A stretch of DNA of 64,000 nucleotides from Pleomorphomonas sp. GTDB lineage: Bacteria > Pseudomonadota > Alphaproteobacteria > Rhizobiales > Pleomorphomonadaceae. Made by a program: the position numbers and the translations under genes. Below are positions 20,151 to 29,387 of the stretch, piece after piece. Under the pieces are notes generated by a model. That model did no database searches, had not been told where the DNA came from, and saw only the letters and a list, made by a program, of their open reading frames with translations. Location: NCBI GenBank assembly GCA_029976075.1, contig JARKNW010000087.1, positions 68,511 to 132,510 of the forward strand, read 5' to 3'. Position 1 is the stretch's first letter, and every line of letters starts with the position of its first letter.

Positions 20151-20192
20151 TGTTACCTGTCAGTAACATCTTGGACGTTACAGATCGGTAAC
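20151..20192. promoter_or_regulatory. two TetR operator palindromes
   Basis: TGTTAC-CTGTCA-GTAACA (20151-20168) and GTTAC-AGATCG-GTAAC (20177-20192). Confidence 0.75.
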
Positions 20193-20217
20193 ATGGGCGT
20201 CAAGGCGCCTTTTCAGA

Positions 20218-20832
20218 ATGGCTAATGACGAAATGGTGAGCTGCTGCGTGATGAAGCGGCCTCGCGAGCGGATCATCGAGATGGCCCAGCTCCTGTTCCG
20301 CAAGCACGGCATCCGCGGTGTCGGCGTCGACACGATCGCCGAGGAGGCAGGCACCAACAAGATGACGCTCTACCGGCACTTCGGCTCCAAGGACGAGCTG
20401 ATCGCCGAATGCCTGCGTTATACCGCCAGTGGCGCCGACGGATTCTGGGACGAGCTAGACAAAAGCGCCGCCGATCCGATGGACAAGCTGCACCAGTGGG
20501 TGCGCGCCGTCGCCTCCTATGCCAGCATGGAAGAGGGCGGCTGCGACCTCCTGACCGCCGCCTTCGAACTCCCCGAACCCGACCACCCGGCCCGCCTGGT
20601 GGTGGAAGCCTTCAAGCGCGAACAGCGCCAGAAGCTGGTGGCGCTCTGCCGGGAGGCGGGGATCGTCGAGGCCGAGGGCCTCGCCGACGCGCTGGGCCTG
20701 CTGCTGGAGGGCGCACGGGTGAACCGGAGATCGGTGGGTCCGAACGGTCCGTCAGCGCACTTCGTGACGATCGCCGAAGCGGTGATCGCGTCGTTCAGCG
20801 CAGCGGGGGAGAGGGTGCGCGAGGGGGCTTGA
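20218..20832 (+). CDS. TetR-family regulator of the RND pump
   Basis: PRERIIEMAQLLFRKHGIRGVGVDTIAEEAGTNKMTLYRHFGSKDELI. Confidence 0.92.
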   Translation: MANDEMVSCCVMKRPRERIIEMAQLLFRKHGIRGVGVDTIAEEAGTNKMTLYRHFGSKDELIAECLRYTASGADGFWDELDKSAADPMDKLHQWVRAVASYASMEEGGCDLLTAAFELPEPDHPARLVVEAFKREQRQKLVALCREAGIVEAEGLADALGLLLEGARVNRRSVGPNGPSAHFVTIAEAVIASFSAAGERVREGA

Positions 20833-20928
20833 GGGGGGGCTCGTTCTGTTCCTGTGTTCAGCACTTTCCGGCAACATCGAAAAGCGGATACTTCTTGCTG
20901 CCATTGTCAAAGGCTCTGAGCGGTAAGA

Positions 20929-21327
20929 CTAGCAAGCGTCGTCGATTGAATCGTCTAACTTCTCGCCTGCTAGCGCGCAGAAATGTTTCAGAGCTCCTCG
21001 TAGCGTGAAAAAAGTGGCCTCGCTGCGGTGATGGAATGAATTGTCATGAATAGAAATATGGGCGACAGCCCAGTCCTTTACTGCATGCTCTCCAAAATGT
21101 GTTAGTACCACTAAGCCGTCTTTGGCTAGTTGGCAGTCCACTACAAGGCTTGTGTTGTAATCATTCTGTGAGAAGACCGTTCCGAAAACTAGCCGTGACT
21201 CGTATTCCTCCAGCGCCGAATCTGACGTGACGGCAGGGCACTGCGGAAATTTGGTCGGAGTCTTCCAGTTAACTTGGGTAGCTGATGGTGTTAGGGATGG
21301 ATAATCTGTTTCAAAAGGGGGCGACAT
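20929..21327 (-). CDS. low-GC hypothetical protein (resembles C-terminal domain of some HNH endonucleases)
   Basis: 132-aa ORF in AT-rich insert; SLTP...NWKTPTKFPQCP...DSIDDAC pattern recalled from memory, not searched. Confidence 0.6.
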   Translation of the reverse strand: MSPPFETDYPSLTPSATQVNWKTPTKFPQCPAVTSDSALEEYESRLVFGTVFSQNDYNTSLVVDCQLAKDGLVVLTHFGEHAVKDWAVAHISIHDNSFHHRSEATFFTLRGALKHFCALAGEKLDDSIDDAC

Positions 21328-21546
21328 TTGACTTCTCTGTTCAGAGGACTCGCCAGATCAAACAATGCTCACCAAAAGGCGAAAGTAAATCCATACGGTC
21401 AATAAAAAGGGTATGAGGTGTCACTAGATGCATATATATTCATACGCAAAGTTTAGGCATTAGTGTTGCCGAATTGCTTCGCTTGTTTGAGCCTCCTTTT
21501 GAGGTAAGCGGCCACCTAGGTCTTTGTCTGCGTACTTGCACGCCTA

Positions 21547-21879
21547 GGTGCGCGCCGTCGCCTCCTATGCCAGCATGGAAGAGGGCGGCTGCGACCTCCT
21601 GACCGCCGCCTTCGAACTCCCCGAACCCGACCACCCCGCCCACCTGTGGTGGAAGCCTTCAAGCGCGAACAGCGCCAGAAGCTGGTGACGCTCTGCCGGG
21701 AGGCGGGGATCGTCGAGGCCGAGGGCCTAGCCGACGTGCTGGGCCTGCTGCTGGAGGGCGCGCGGGTGAACCGGAGATCGGTGGGCCCGAACGGTCCCTC
21801 AGCGCACTTCGTGACGATCGCCGAAGCGGTGATCGCGTCGTTCAGCGCGGCGGGGGAGAGGGTGCGCGAGGGGGCGTGA
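21547..21879 (+). pseudogene. duplicated 3' half of the tetR gene (copy of 20499-20832) with 1-bp deletion
   Basis: Hand alignment: about 10 substitutions plus a frameshift (CTGGTGGTG to CTGTGGTG) over ~333 bp. Confidence 0.95.
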
Positions 21880-21891
21880 GGGCAGAAGAGC

Positions 21892-22035
21892 CCTATATCA
21901 GCCGATCGTTCTGTTCTGCCTGAGGTCCTCGCCTTCGCGAGGATGACAGAAGAATTATATTTAGGAACAATCGGGTAGCGCTCGCGCTCCTATCAGGCTG
22001 TCATCCTCGCGAAGACGAGGACCTCGGCCGAAAAG
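21892..22035. repeat. REP family A full REPIN-like element
   Basis: CCTATATCAGCCG...GAGGTCCTCGC-CTTC-GCGAGGATGAC...GTCATCCTCGC-GAAG-ACGAGGACCTC. Confidence 0.85.
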
Positions 22036-22051
22036 GGCGAGGGTTGATCCC

Positions 22052-22474
22052 TCACCCATCAAACACAAACTCCGGCCGATACGAATCCCTCAAGAGCGCG
22101 CTTCGGCTTTCCAGCGTTACCCAGCGTTGCGGATGGCGGCGGCGGACTGAATCGAAGGCTGGGTTGGCTTCGTCGAGGGATTGGGCGGCGACGAGGACTT
22201 GCTCGATCTCTCGGCGGCCGTGGTCCCAGAGCGCGACAACATATTCGAAGTAGGTCAGTTTGGGGGCCCGGTTCAGGAAAACGATCTGATCGGGGCGGCC
22301 ACCGCAGCGTTTGCAGCGAAAGGCGCTCCGGGCGTCCTCTCGTGTGCGGATCGAGCTTTTCTGCATGACCACGTCGAGCAGGCAGATGTGGCTACGGTTG
22401 CAGGCGTTGCACACCAGTTCGAGGTGGGTGCAGCCCGCCGCTTTCGCCTCGGCTAGGGTGGACAACGGCTTCAT
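22052..22474 (-). CDS. hypothetical zinc-ribbon protein
   Basis: CNAC...CKRC pairs in N-terminal half; 140 aa. Confidence 0.6.
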   Translation of the reverse strand: MKPLSTLAEAKAAGCTHLELVCNACNRSHICLLDVVMQKSSIRTREDARSAFRCKRCGGRPDQIVFLNRAPKLTYFEYVVALWDHGRREIEQVLVAAQSLDEANPAFDSVRRRHPQRWVTLESRSALLRDSYRPEFVFDG

Positions 22475-22493
22475 GGGCCACAGGATGCGGCAA

Positions 22494-22508
22494 GAACAAA
22501 AAGAGAAC
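22494..22508 (-). promoter_or_regulatory. alphaproteobacterial LexA (SOS) box
   Basis: GAAC-AAAAAGA-GAAC (GTTC-N7-GTTC on minus strand) 20 bp upstream of the ATG at 22474. Confidence 0.7.
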
Positions 22509-22842
22509 AACTAACCAGAAGTCGCCAGCAGGCCGTGCGCTCACCCGCCGTTGCCTCGGCCTTGGTTCCATTCGCCCGCCAGGACCCCGGGCGGATGGGC
22601 TTGGTCACTCCCCGCCGGCTTCGAGGGCATAGAGGCGCTTCAGGCCTTCCGGGAAGCCTTCGGGTTTCAGTTCGAAGGCGACGGCCTGCCGTTGGTGTCG
22701 CGCGTTGATACGGTCAGCGGCTTGCCGGCCGACGGGGTGGAGCCTCCTCTGGCCAATTGTTCCATCCTGCCGCCTGTCGTCGTGGCTTGAGGATGGTGCG
22801 AGGACGCCGTCGTTGGCCTCGCGCTAACCGCTCGTTAACGCA

Positions 22843-22923
22843 TTCTCACTTTGAGAAATTGTGAAAACTGCGAAAGCCAAGGTTTGCCAGTGGGTTGTCG
22901 GTCGCGGCTTCTCATTTTGCGAA
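22843..22923. promoter_or_regulatory. two candidate enhancer (UAS) palindromes
   Basis: TTCTCA-CTT-TGAGAA (22843) and TTCTCA-TTT-TGCGAA (22909), both followed by ATTG, 66 bp apart. Confidence 0.5.
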
Positions 22924-23259
22924 ATTGGCGGGGCGCCGTGCCGCCCTCGGGTGGTCGGGGCGCCGCGCGTGGATGGGCCGCGGATACGACCATCGGCTAA
23001 AGGAACGGGGCGGAAGATTACTTAGAAGTCTTGGTCGCCGCCAAGAAGAGAGTTGTCCGATCCTCTCCTGCGCCAAGTCTTTCCCATTCCCGGCACGCTT
23101 CCGGTTTGAAAAACAATATCAGCCGCTTAGCCTTGGTTTCCTGCCGGTTTGGTGCCGGCAGGCTGGGCCGGAGCGGCCGTGAAGGCGGACCGCCCGGCGC
23201 GGCGTGGCGCCGGCCGGTGCGATGATTTCCCTCAGCGAAAACCCATAGACGCCGAAGTT

Positions 23260-23275
23260 TGGCACATGCCGTGCA
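23260..23275 (+). promoter_or_regulatory. sigma54 -24/-12 promoter
   Basis: TGGCAC-ATGCC-GTGCA, GG-N10-GC spacing, upstream of the operon. Confidence 0.6.
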
Positions 23276-23512
23276 ATCACCTCTTTGCCGGTAAAGCGAT
23301 GGCAGAGTGAAGAGTAAGTCGGGGATCGGGGAAAGGGCGCGGCGCGCAGTTCAGTAAATCGTTCGGGGCAGTCGATTTACGTGAGTGGCCGCTCGGGGGA
23401 ATAAGCCGAACACAAGTTTTCGGTCGAGGTTTTTTCTTGCGTGGCTGATGTCGATCGGCCGCGTGGCTGAAGTCTTGCGATTTTTTCAGCCGATACAAGT
23501 GGAGAGAAGGAC

Positions 23513-24016
23513 ATGTGTGCGTTCAATCAACCGAAGAATACAGATGATGCCACCATCAACAAGGTGCGCGGCGCGATCCTGCATCGCGGCCTCTGGATGG
23601 GGCTGATCCTGAAGGAGGCCAAGAAGCGCGGCCTCGACTGGGAGAGCATCGGCCATCAGGCGATCTTCGATACCGGCTGCATGCATGGCGACGGCATCAA
23701 GGAGAAGATGGACACCGAGGGCAGCCTGGTTTCCTTCGGCAATACCTTCTTCACCGAAGACGTCCGCAAGATCTTCGAGGTGGAGGTGAAGAAGCTCGAC
23801 GAGAACGAGCTCTCCCTCGAGTACGGCTACTGCCCGCTGGTGGCCGCCTGGAAGCAGATCGGCGTCGACGACGACATGCTGGCCAAGCTCTGCGACATCG
23901 CCATGTCCGGCGATCGCGGCATCGCCAGCCGCTTCGGGGAGTTCGAGTTCGAGCTCGGCAAGACCATCGCCGAGGGCAATCCCGTCTGCGAGGTGAAGTT
24001 CTCGCGCCGGAAGTGA
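23513..24016 (+). CDS. L-2-amino-thiazoline-4-carboxylic acid hydrolase family protein
   Basis: GYCPLVAAWKQIG...LCDIAMSGDRG...LGKTIAEGNPVCE. Confidence 0.75.
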   Translation: MCAFNQPKNTDDATINKVRGAILHRGLWMGLILKEAKKRGLDWESIGHQAIFDTGCMHGDGIKEKMDTEGSLVSFGNTFFTEDVRKIFEVEVKKLDENELSLEYGYCPLVAAWKQIGVDDDMLAKLCDIAMSGDRGIASRFGEFEFELGKTIAEGNPVCEVKFSRRK

Positions 24017-24071
24017 TCCGAAGCCGAGCCGGTCGGCCTTCGCCGCCGGCTCACCGGCCAGGAAAATCCAG

Positions 24072-25355
24072 ATGAGACATGCGATGCTCGACGCCAAAAC
24101 CTACCGAACCTATGTCGATATCCTCAAGAGGGAGCTGATCCCGGCGCTCGGCTGCACCGAGCCGATCGCCGTGGCCTATGCCGCCGCCTATGCCGCCGCC
24201 GTGCTGAAGGCGCGCCCCGAGCGGGCGGAAGTCTGGTGCAGCGGCAACATCGTCAAGAACGTCAAGGGCGTGGTGGTGCCCAAGACCGGCGGCCTCAAGG
24301 GCATCGACGCGGCGGCCATCGCCGGCATCGTCGGCGGCGACGCCAAGGCCGGCATGCAGGTGCTGGAGGCGGTGACGGACGGGGATCAGGCGGAGATCCG
24401 CCGGCTGCTCGCTGAAAACTTCTGCCGCACCCACCTGCTCCTCGGCGACGAGACCCTGATGATCGTCGTCAAGGTGTTCGCGGGCGATGCCTCCGCCGAG
24501 GTGACGATCAAGGGCTCGCACACCAACATCTGCCGCGTCGTCCGGGACGGCGAGGTGCTGATCGACCGCGACGTGGCCGTCAAGGAAGAGGGCGCGGATG
24601 GCGCATCGGCGCTCAACGTGCGCGACATCATCACCTTCGCCGACACGGTCGCCATCAAGGACATCGCGCCGATCATCGCCGACCAGATCGAGAAGAACAC
24701 CCGCATTTCCGAGGAAGGGCTGAGCGGCCACTATGGCGTCGGCGTCGGCCGGACGCTCTTGAAATACGCCGGCACCGATCTCCGGACGCGGGCCAAGGCG
24801 CGGGCGGCGGCCGGCAGCGATGCCCGGATGAGCGGCTGCGCCCTGCCGGTGGTCATCAACTCGGGCAGCGGCAACCAGGGCATGACGGCGTCGCTGCCGG
24901 TGATCACCTATGCCGAGGACCTGGAGATCGGCCGGGACAAGCTCTACCGGGCGCTGGTGCTCTCCAACCTCATCGCCATCCACCAGAAGACGGCGATCGG
25001 CAAGCTCTCGGCCTTCTGCGGCGCGGTGAGCGCCGCCTGCGGGGCGGGCGCGGCCATCACCTACATGCAGGGCGGCGACTTCGAGGCGATCTCCCGGACG
25101 ATCACCAACGCCATCGGCAACGTCGGCGGCATCGTCTGCGACGGCGCCAAGCCCTCCTGCGCCGCCAAGATCGCCTCGGCGGTCGACGCGGCGATCATGG
25201 CCCACCACCTCGCGGTGGAGGGGCAGGCCTTCTCCGACGGCGAGGGGCTGGTGACCGCCGACGTCGAGGGCACCATCGCCAACATCGGCCAGATGGCCAG
25301 CAAGGGGATGAAGTCCACCGACCTCGAAATACTGAAGCTCATGGTCGGGGGGTGA
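24072..25355 (+). CDS. UPF0597 / serine dehydratase alpha-like Fe-S L-cysteine desulfidase (YhaM/CdsB family)
   Basis: PALGCTEPIA, DARMSGC..PVVINSGSGNQG, LSAFCG, GIVCDGAKPSCA. Confidence 0.9.
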   Translation: MRHAMLDAKTYRTYVDILKRELIPALGCTEPIAVAYAAAYAAAVLKARPERAEVWCSGNIVKNVKGVVVPKTGGLKGIDAAAIAGIVGGDAKAGMQVLEAVTDGDQAEIRRLLAENFCRTHLLLGDETLMIVVKVFAGDASAEVTIKGSHTNICRVVRDGEVLIDRDVAVKEEGADGASALNVRDIITFADTVAIKDIAPIIADQIEKNTRISEEGLSGHYGVGVGRTLLKYAGTDLRTRAKARAAAGSDARMSGCALPVVINSGSGNQGMTASLPVITYAEDLEIGRDKLYRALVLSNLIAIHQKTAIGKLSAFCGAVSAACGAGAAITYMQGGDFEAISRTITNAIGNVGGIVCDGAKPSCAAKIASAVDAAIMAHHLAVEGQAFSDGEGLVTADVEGTIANIGQMASKGMKSTDLEILKLMVGG

Positions 25356-25517
25356 CATCAGCTCCGGTGGTCCTCCGGAGCGGTTCCCGACAGCCGCCCC
25401 GGCAGTTCCACCGGAACGAATGACTTAGAGCGGCTCCTTCTCAATCCGGTTAAATGGGTGATGCCGGAGAGAACTATTTTCCCATCCAAGTAAAAAGCCA
25501 AGAAAACGTGGAGTGAC

Positions 25518-26642
25518 ATGATGGAAAAATCACTGAACCTGAAAAAGGTCGTTCTGCTGGCCGGCGCCTTGTCGGCCTACTGGATCGGCTCCGGCTTCTC
25601 GACCGGCCAGGAAATCCTGCAGTTCTTCGGAAGCAGCGGCACCAACGGCCTGATCGCCGCGCTGATCTTCATGGCGATCACCAGCGTCCTGACCTACCTG
25701 TTGTTCAGCGTCGGCCAGCGCAAGAAATTCGAAAACCCCTACGACGTCTTCGAGCATTACTGCGGCAAATACGTCGGCCAGGTCTACATCTGGTACAGCG
25801 TCGCCCTGATCTACGGCATCATGGTGGTGATGCTGGCCGGCGCCGGCGCTACCATCCATCAGTATTTCCAGGTCCCAACCTACGCGGGCATCTGGATCAT
25901 AGGCCTCCTGGCCCTCGGCACCACGTTGCTCGGCGTCGAAAAGCTGATCAACATCATCGGCACCATCGGGCCGGTGAAGATCGTCTTCATGGTGATCGTC
26001 GGTTGCGCCGGCCTCTACACGCTGTCGCAGCAGACCGGCCTCCTGAGCGAAGCCAACGCCGCCATGCCGACGCTGGGCTTCAAATACGCCTCGTCCAACT
26101 GGGCCTGGTCGGGTGCGCTCTACGCCTTCCTGGCGCTGATCGTCAGCATCCCCTTCCAGGTGGCCTGCGGCGCATCGGCCGGCAGCATGAAGGAAGCGCG
26201 CGTGTCGGCGCTGGTGGGCGTCGCCGGCTTCACGCTGGCCATCGTCATGCTGGTGATCGCCGAACTGGTCTATTACAAGCTGATCGTCGGCGAGCAGGTT
26301 CCGACGCTGGCCATCACCAACTACATCTCGCCGGTGCTGGGCTTCATCTTCACCGCGCTGATCGTCTTGTGCATCTACTCGGCGGTTGCCTCGTTCCTGC
26401 TGATGACCGTCCGCAAGTTCGCCGCCGACAAGACCATGAAGTTCAACCTGATCGCCACCGGCCTTGCCGCCGTCGGCATCCTGTTCGGCGGCATCCTGCC
26501 GTTCGACAAGCTGGTCAACCTGCTGTTCCCGTTCGCGGGATACTCGGCGATCGTCTTCGCCGGCTTCATGATCTACAAGGAGTTCATCGCCCGGAAGATC
26601 GAGACGCCGGTGGCCGGCGCCATGATTGAGAAGGCCAAGTAA
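25518..26642 (+). CDS. YkvI-family membrane protein (putative amino acid transporter)
   Basis: IGSGFSTGQEILQFF motif; about 10 TM segments. Confidence 0.85.
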   Translation: MMEKSLNLKKVVLLAGALSAYWIGSGFSTGQEILQFFGSSGTNGLIAALIFMAITSVLTYLLFSVGQRKKFENPYDVFEHYCGKYVGQVYIWYSVALIYGIMVVMLAGAGATIHQYFQVPTYAGIWIIGLLALGTTLLGVEKLINIIGTIGPVKIVFMVIVGCAGLYTLSQQTGLLSEANAAMPTLGFKYASSNWAWSGALYAFLALIVSIPFQVACGASAGSMKEARVSALVGVAGFTLAIVMLVIAELVYYKLIVGEQVPTLAITNYISPVLGFIFTALIVLCIYSAVASFLLMTVRKFAADKTMKFNLIATGLAAVGILFGGILPFDKLVNLLFPFAGYSAIVFAGFMIYKEFIARKIETPVAGAMIEKAK

Positions 26643-26671
26643 CCCTCCTCCTGACTGAAGCCTTCCTTGCG

Positions 26672-26701
26672 GGTCTCCCATGGTTCCGGCCACGGGAGAC
26701 C
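26672..26701 (+). terminator. hairpin terminator candidate
   Basis: GGTCTCCC...GGGAGACC after the ykvI-like stop. Confidence 0.5.
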
Positions 26702-26879
26702 TGCTTGCTTTGCGCCGACCCTGAAGTCTGCCGGGTTGGGCATCCCGGGCATCCGCGTCCTGCCTCACCCCAGCAGCGAATTTCGATCCCGGTGCCGGTG
26801 GCTTTCTGACGGGCGGGCGGAAGCTGAAGTGGAGCCCTCCGGGGCGGGAACGGGAATGGCGATGGGAGACGGTTGCAGC

Positions 26880-28142
26880 CTAGACCGTCTCCAGCGCGCC
26901 GATCCTGAGCGTTGCCACCAGGATCAGGCCGAGCAGGACCGAGACGAGGCCGACGATGGCCGGCCAGCCGCCGAGGCTCCACACCCAGCCGCCGCCCGAG
27001 CCCATGCTGGAGGAACCGGCGTAATAGGCGAGCAGGTAGAGCGAGGAGGCGTGGCCCTTGGAGCCCTTCGCCAGACGGCCCACCCAGCCGCTCGCCACCG
27101 AATGGATGATGAAGAATCCGCCGGTGATGCCGGTGAGGCCGAGAACGATCATGACCAGCGAGGACGACAGCGTCATCAACGTGCCCACCGCCATGATGGC
27201 GACGCCGAACAGCTGCGCCGGCATGCGGCCGTGGCGGTCGGCGAGGATGCCGGCCCAGGGGGAGGCGACGACGCCGGCGATGTAGACCAGGAACATGGCG
27301 CTGATGAAGCCGGGCGACAGGCCGAAGGGGGCGGCCGTCAGGCGGAAGGTCAGGTAGTTGAACAGGGCGACGAAGCTGCCGAGCGCCAGGAAGCCGCAGA
27401 GGAACACCAGCGCCATGCCGGGCGTGCGCAGATGGCCGAGCCAGGTGCGCACGTGGGCGGAAAGCGACATGCCCTTGCGGCGGACGAAGTTGCGCGAGGG
27501 CGGCAGCAGCAGGGCGAAGCCGGCGGTGGCGATCAGGTCGAGGATGCCGATGATGGTCAGCGCGTGGCTCCACGAGCAGACCTCCATCAAGAGGCCGACG
27601 CCGACGCGGCCGGCCATGCCGCCGAAGGCGACGCCGCCGACGTAGAGCCCCATGGCGGTGCCGAGCGAGCGCGGCTCGATCTCTTCGGAGATGTAGGCCA
27701 TGGCGACGGCCGGCACGCCGCCGAGCACGAAGCCCTCGGCCGCCCGGAGCACCAGGAGCATGTGCCAGCTGGGCGACAGCGCCGCGCCGATATGGCAGAG
27801 CGCCGCGCCGAGCAAGGACCAGAACATCACGCCGCGCCGGCCGAAGCCTTCTGAAAAGGCGCCGGCCAAGAGGATGGCGATGGCAAGGCTGCCGGTGGTC
27901 AGCGACAGCGCCAGCGAGCTGGTCGCCGGGCTGACGCCATAGTGCGCCGCGAGGTTGGGCAACAGCGGCTGGATGGCATAGAGCAGCGAGAAGGTGGCGA
28001 AGCCGGCGAGAAACAGCGCCAGGCTGATGCGCTTGTAGGCCGCGCTGCCTTTCGCGACGAAGGTCTTCTCGGTGGGCTTGCTGAGCGGCTTTTCGGCGGG
28101 CGTATCGGTGGGGAAAGCTTCGAGGGGAGAGGCGAGCGACAT
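26880..28142 (-). CDS. ynfM: MFS transporter, YnfM family
   Basis: ISLALFLAGFATFSLLYAIQPLLP...GGVPAVAMAYISEE...ASSLYLLAYYAGSS. Confidence 0.88.
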   Translation of the reverse strand: MSLASPLEAFPTDTPAEKPLSKPTEKTFVAKGSAAYKRISLALFLAGFATFSLLYAIQPLLPNLAAHYGVSPATSSLALSLTTGSLAIAILLAGAFSEGFGRRGVMFWSLLGAALCHIGAALSPSWHMLLVLRAAEGFVLGGVPAVAMAYISEEIEPRSLGTAMGLYVGGVAFGGMAGRVGVGLLMEVCSWSHALTIIGILDLIATAGFALLLPPSRNFVRRKGMSLSAHVRTWLGHLRTPGMALVFLCGFLALGSFVALFNYLTFRLTAAPFGLSPGFISAMFLVYIAGVVASPWAGILADRHGRMPAQLFGVAIMAVGTLMTLSSSLVMIVLGLTGITGGFFIIHSVASGWVGRLAKGSKGHASSLYLLAYYAGSSSMGSGGGWVWSLGGWPAIVGLVSVLLGLILVATLRIGALETV

Positions 28143-28238
28143 AAGTCCCATTCCAGTTGGTGGGCGGACCCTACTCCCTTGCATGCTATAGATCGTCGGC
28201 AATTTACTTCATTCAGCTATCTCGATATTTTATAGCTC

Positions 28239-28383
28239 AGAGCCTGACCCGAAACTCTACTGGGGCGGGCATCTAGCTTCGATTTCTGCGCTTCCGGTGC
28301 TCACGAACCCCAAAGTTCGCTCCGCTCCGGTTCTCGAATTCATCGCTATCTGCCGCACCCCAGCGAGTTTCGGATCAGGCTCT
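28239..28383. mobile_element. MITE-like repeat family B, complete 145-bp copy
   Basis: TIRs AGAGCCTGACCCGAAACTC / GAGTTTCGGATCAGGCTCT; core CTGCGCTTCCGGTGCTCACG...CGCTCCGCTCCGGTTCTCG. Confidence 0.8.
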
Positions 28384-28384
28384 C

Positions 28385-29326
28385 ATGGACATCTCCCAAC
28401 TGCGCACCTTCGCCCTCGTCGCCGATCTCGGCAGCCTCAACAAGGCGTCCGGGCGCCTCCGCATTGCCCAGCCGGCGCTTTCCCGGCAGATCCGCATGCT
28501 GGAGGAGGATTTGGGCGTGCGCCTGTTCGAGCGGCACGGGCGCGGCATGCGGCTGACCGAGCACGGCGTGGCGGCGCTGGAACATGCGCGGCACATCCTG
28601 GGCGAACTCGAGGACCTGCGCGTGGCGGTGGGCGGGCCGGAGGCCGGCATGGTCGGCAGCGTGTCGGTGGGGCTGTCGCCCACCATCTCCAACGCCTTGT
28701 CGGTGCCGTTGGTCGCCGCCTTCCGCGCGGCCCATCCGGCGGTGCGGGTGCGCATTGTCACCTCCTACACCGGCTATCTGCTCGACAGCCTGTTCCGGGG
28801 CGATATCGACGCGGCCATCCTCTACAACGCCCGGGCCAACCAGGTGCTCAGGACCGAGCCGATCCTGTCGGAAAACCTGTTCCTGATCGGTCCGGTCAGC
28901 GCCGATCTCAGCCCGGACCGCCCGGTGGAGTTCAAGGAGCTCGCGGCGCTGCCGCTGCTGTTGCCGAGTCGCGGCCACGACCTCAGGGCGGTGGTCGAGG
29001 ACTGCGCGCGGCAGGCCGGCATCGACATCGACGTGGTGGTGGAGGTGGACGGCTACGGTTCGCTGAAGGAGCTGGTGGGGGCCGGCTACGGCTACACCAT
29101 CATGCCGGCAACCGCCTTCGGTTCCGAGCCGACGGCCGGCGACTTCCGCCTGGCCCCGCTTGCCAACCCCTCGCCGGCGCGCCAACTGGCCCTCTGCTAT
29201 CCGCGCGACCGGCGGGTGTCGAGGGCGACGCTGTTCGCCGGCGAGGTGATGAAGGCCAAGATGATCGGCCTCGTGCGCGACGGCACCTGGAACGGCACGC
29301 TGTTGGCCGAGGTGGACCGGCTCTGA
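28385..29326 (+). CDS. LysR-family regulator
   Basis: MDISQLRTF...GSLNKAS..LRIAQPALSRQIRMLEEDLG. Confidence 0.92.
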   Translation: MDISQLRTFALVADLGSLNKASGRLRIAQPALSRQIRMLEEDLGVRLFERHGRGMRLTEHGVAALEHARHILGELEDLRVAVGGPEAGMVGSVSVGLSPTISNALSVPLVAAFRAAHPAVRVRIVTSYTGYLLDSLFRGDIDAAILYNARANQVLRTEPILSENLFLIGPVSADLSPDRPVEFKELAALPLLLPSRGHDLRAVVEDCARQAGIDIDVVVEVDGYGSLKELVGAGYGYTIMPATAFGSEPTAGDFRLAPLANPSPARQLALCYPRDRRVSRATLFAGEVMKAKMIGLVRDGTWNGTLLAEVDRL

Positions 29327-29387
29327 CGCGGGCGGCCGGCTTTGCCGAGGGGCTGGTGACAAATTCTGGCAGCGGGCACCAGCATGT

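Noticed and set aside
20843-20859. GTTC repeats as a LexA box
   Set aside because: Spacings are 1, 4 and 9 nt rather than 7
22551-22790. ORF MPRPWFHSP...GWAWSLPAGFEG
   Set aside because: Start resembles a small membrane-protein family, but the rest is featureless; at most a relic
23280-23512. Riboswitch or T-box in the long leader of the desulfidase operon
   Set aside because: No recognisable SAM, T-box or other aptamer consensus by eye; needs an Rfam scan
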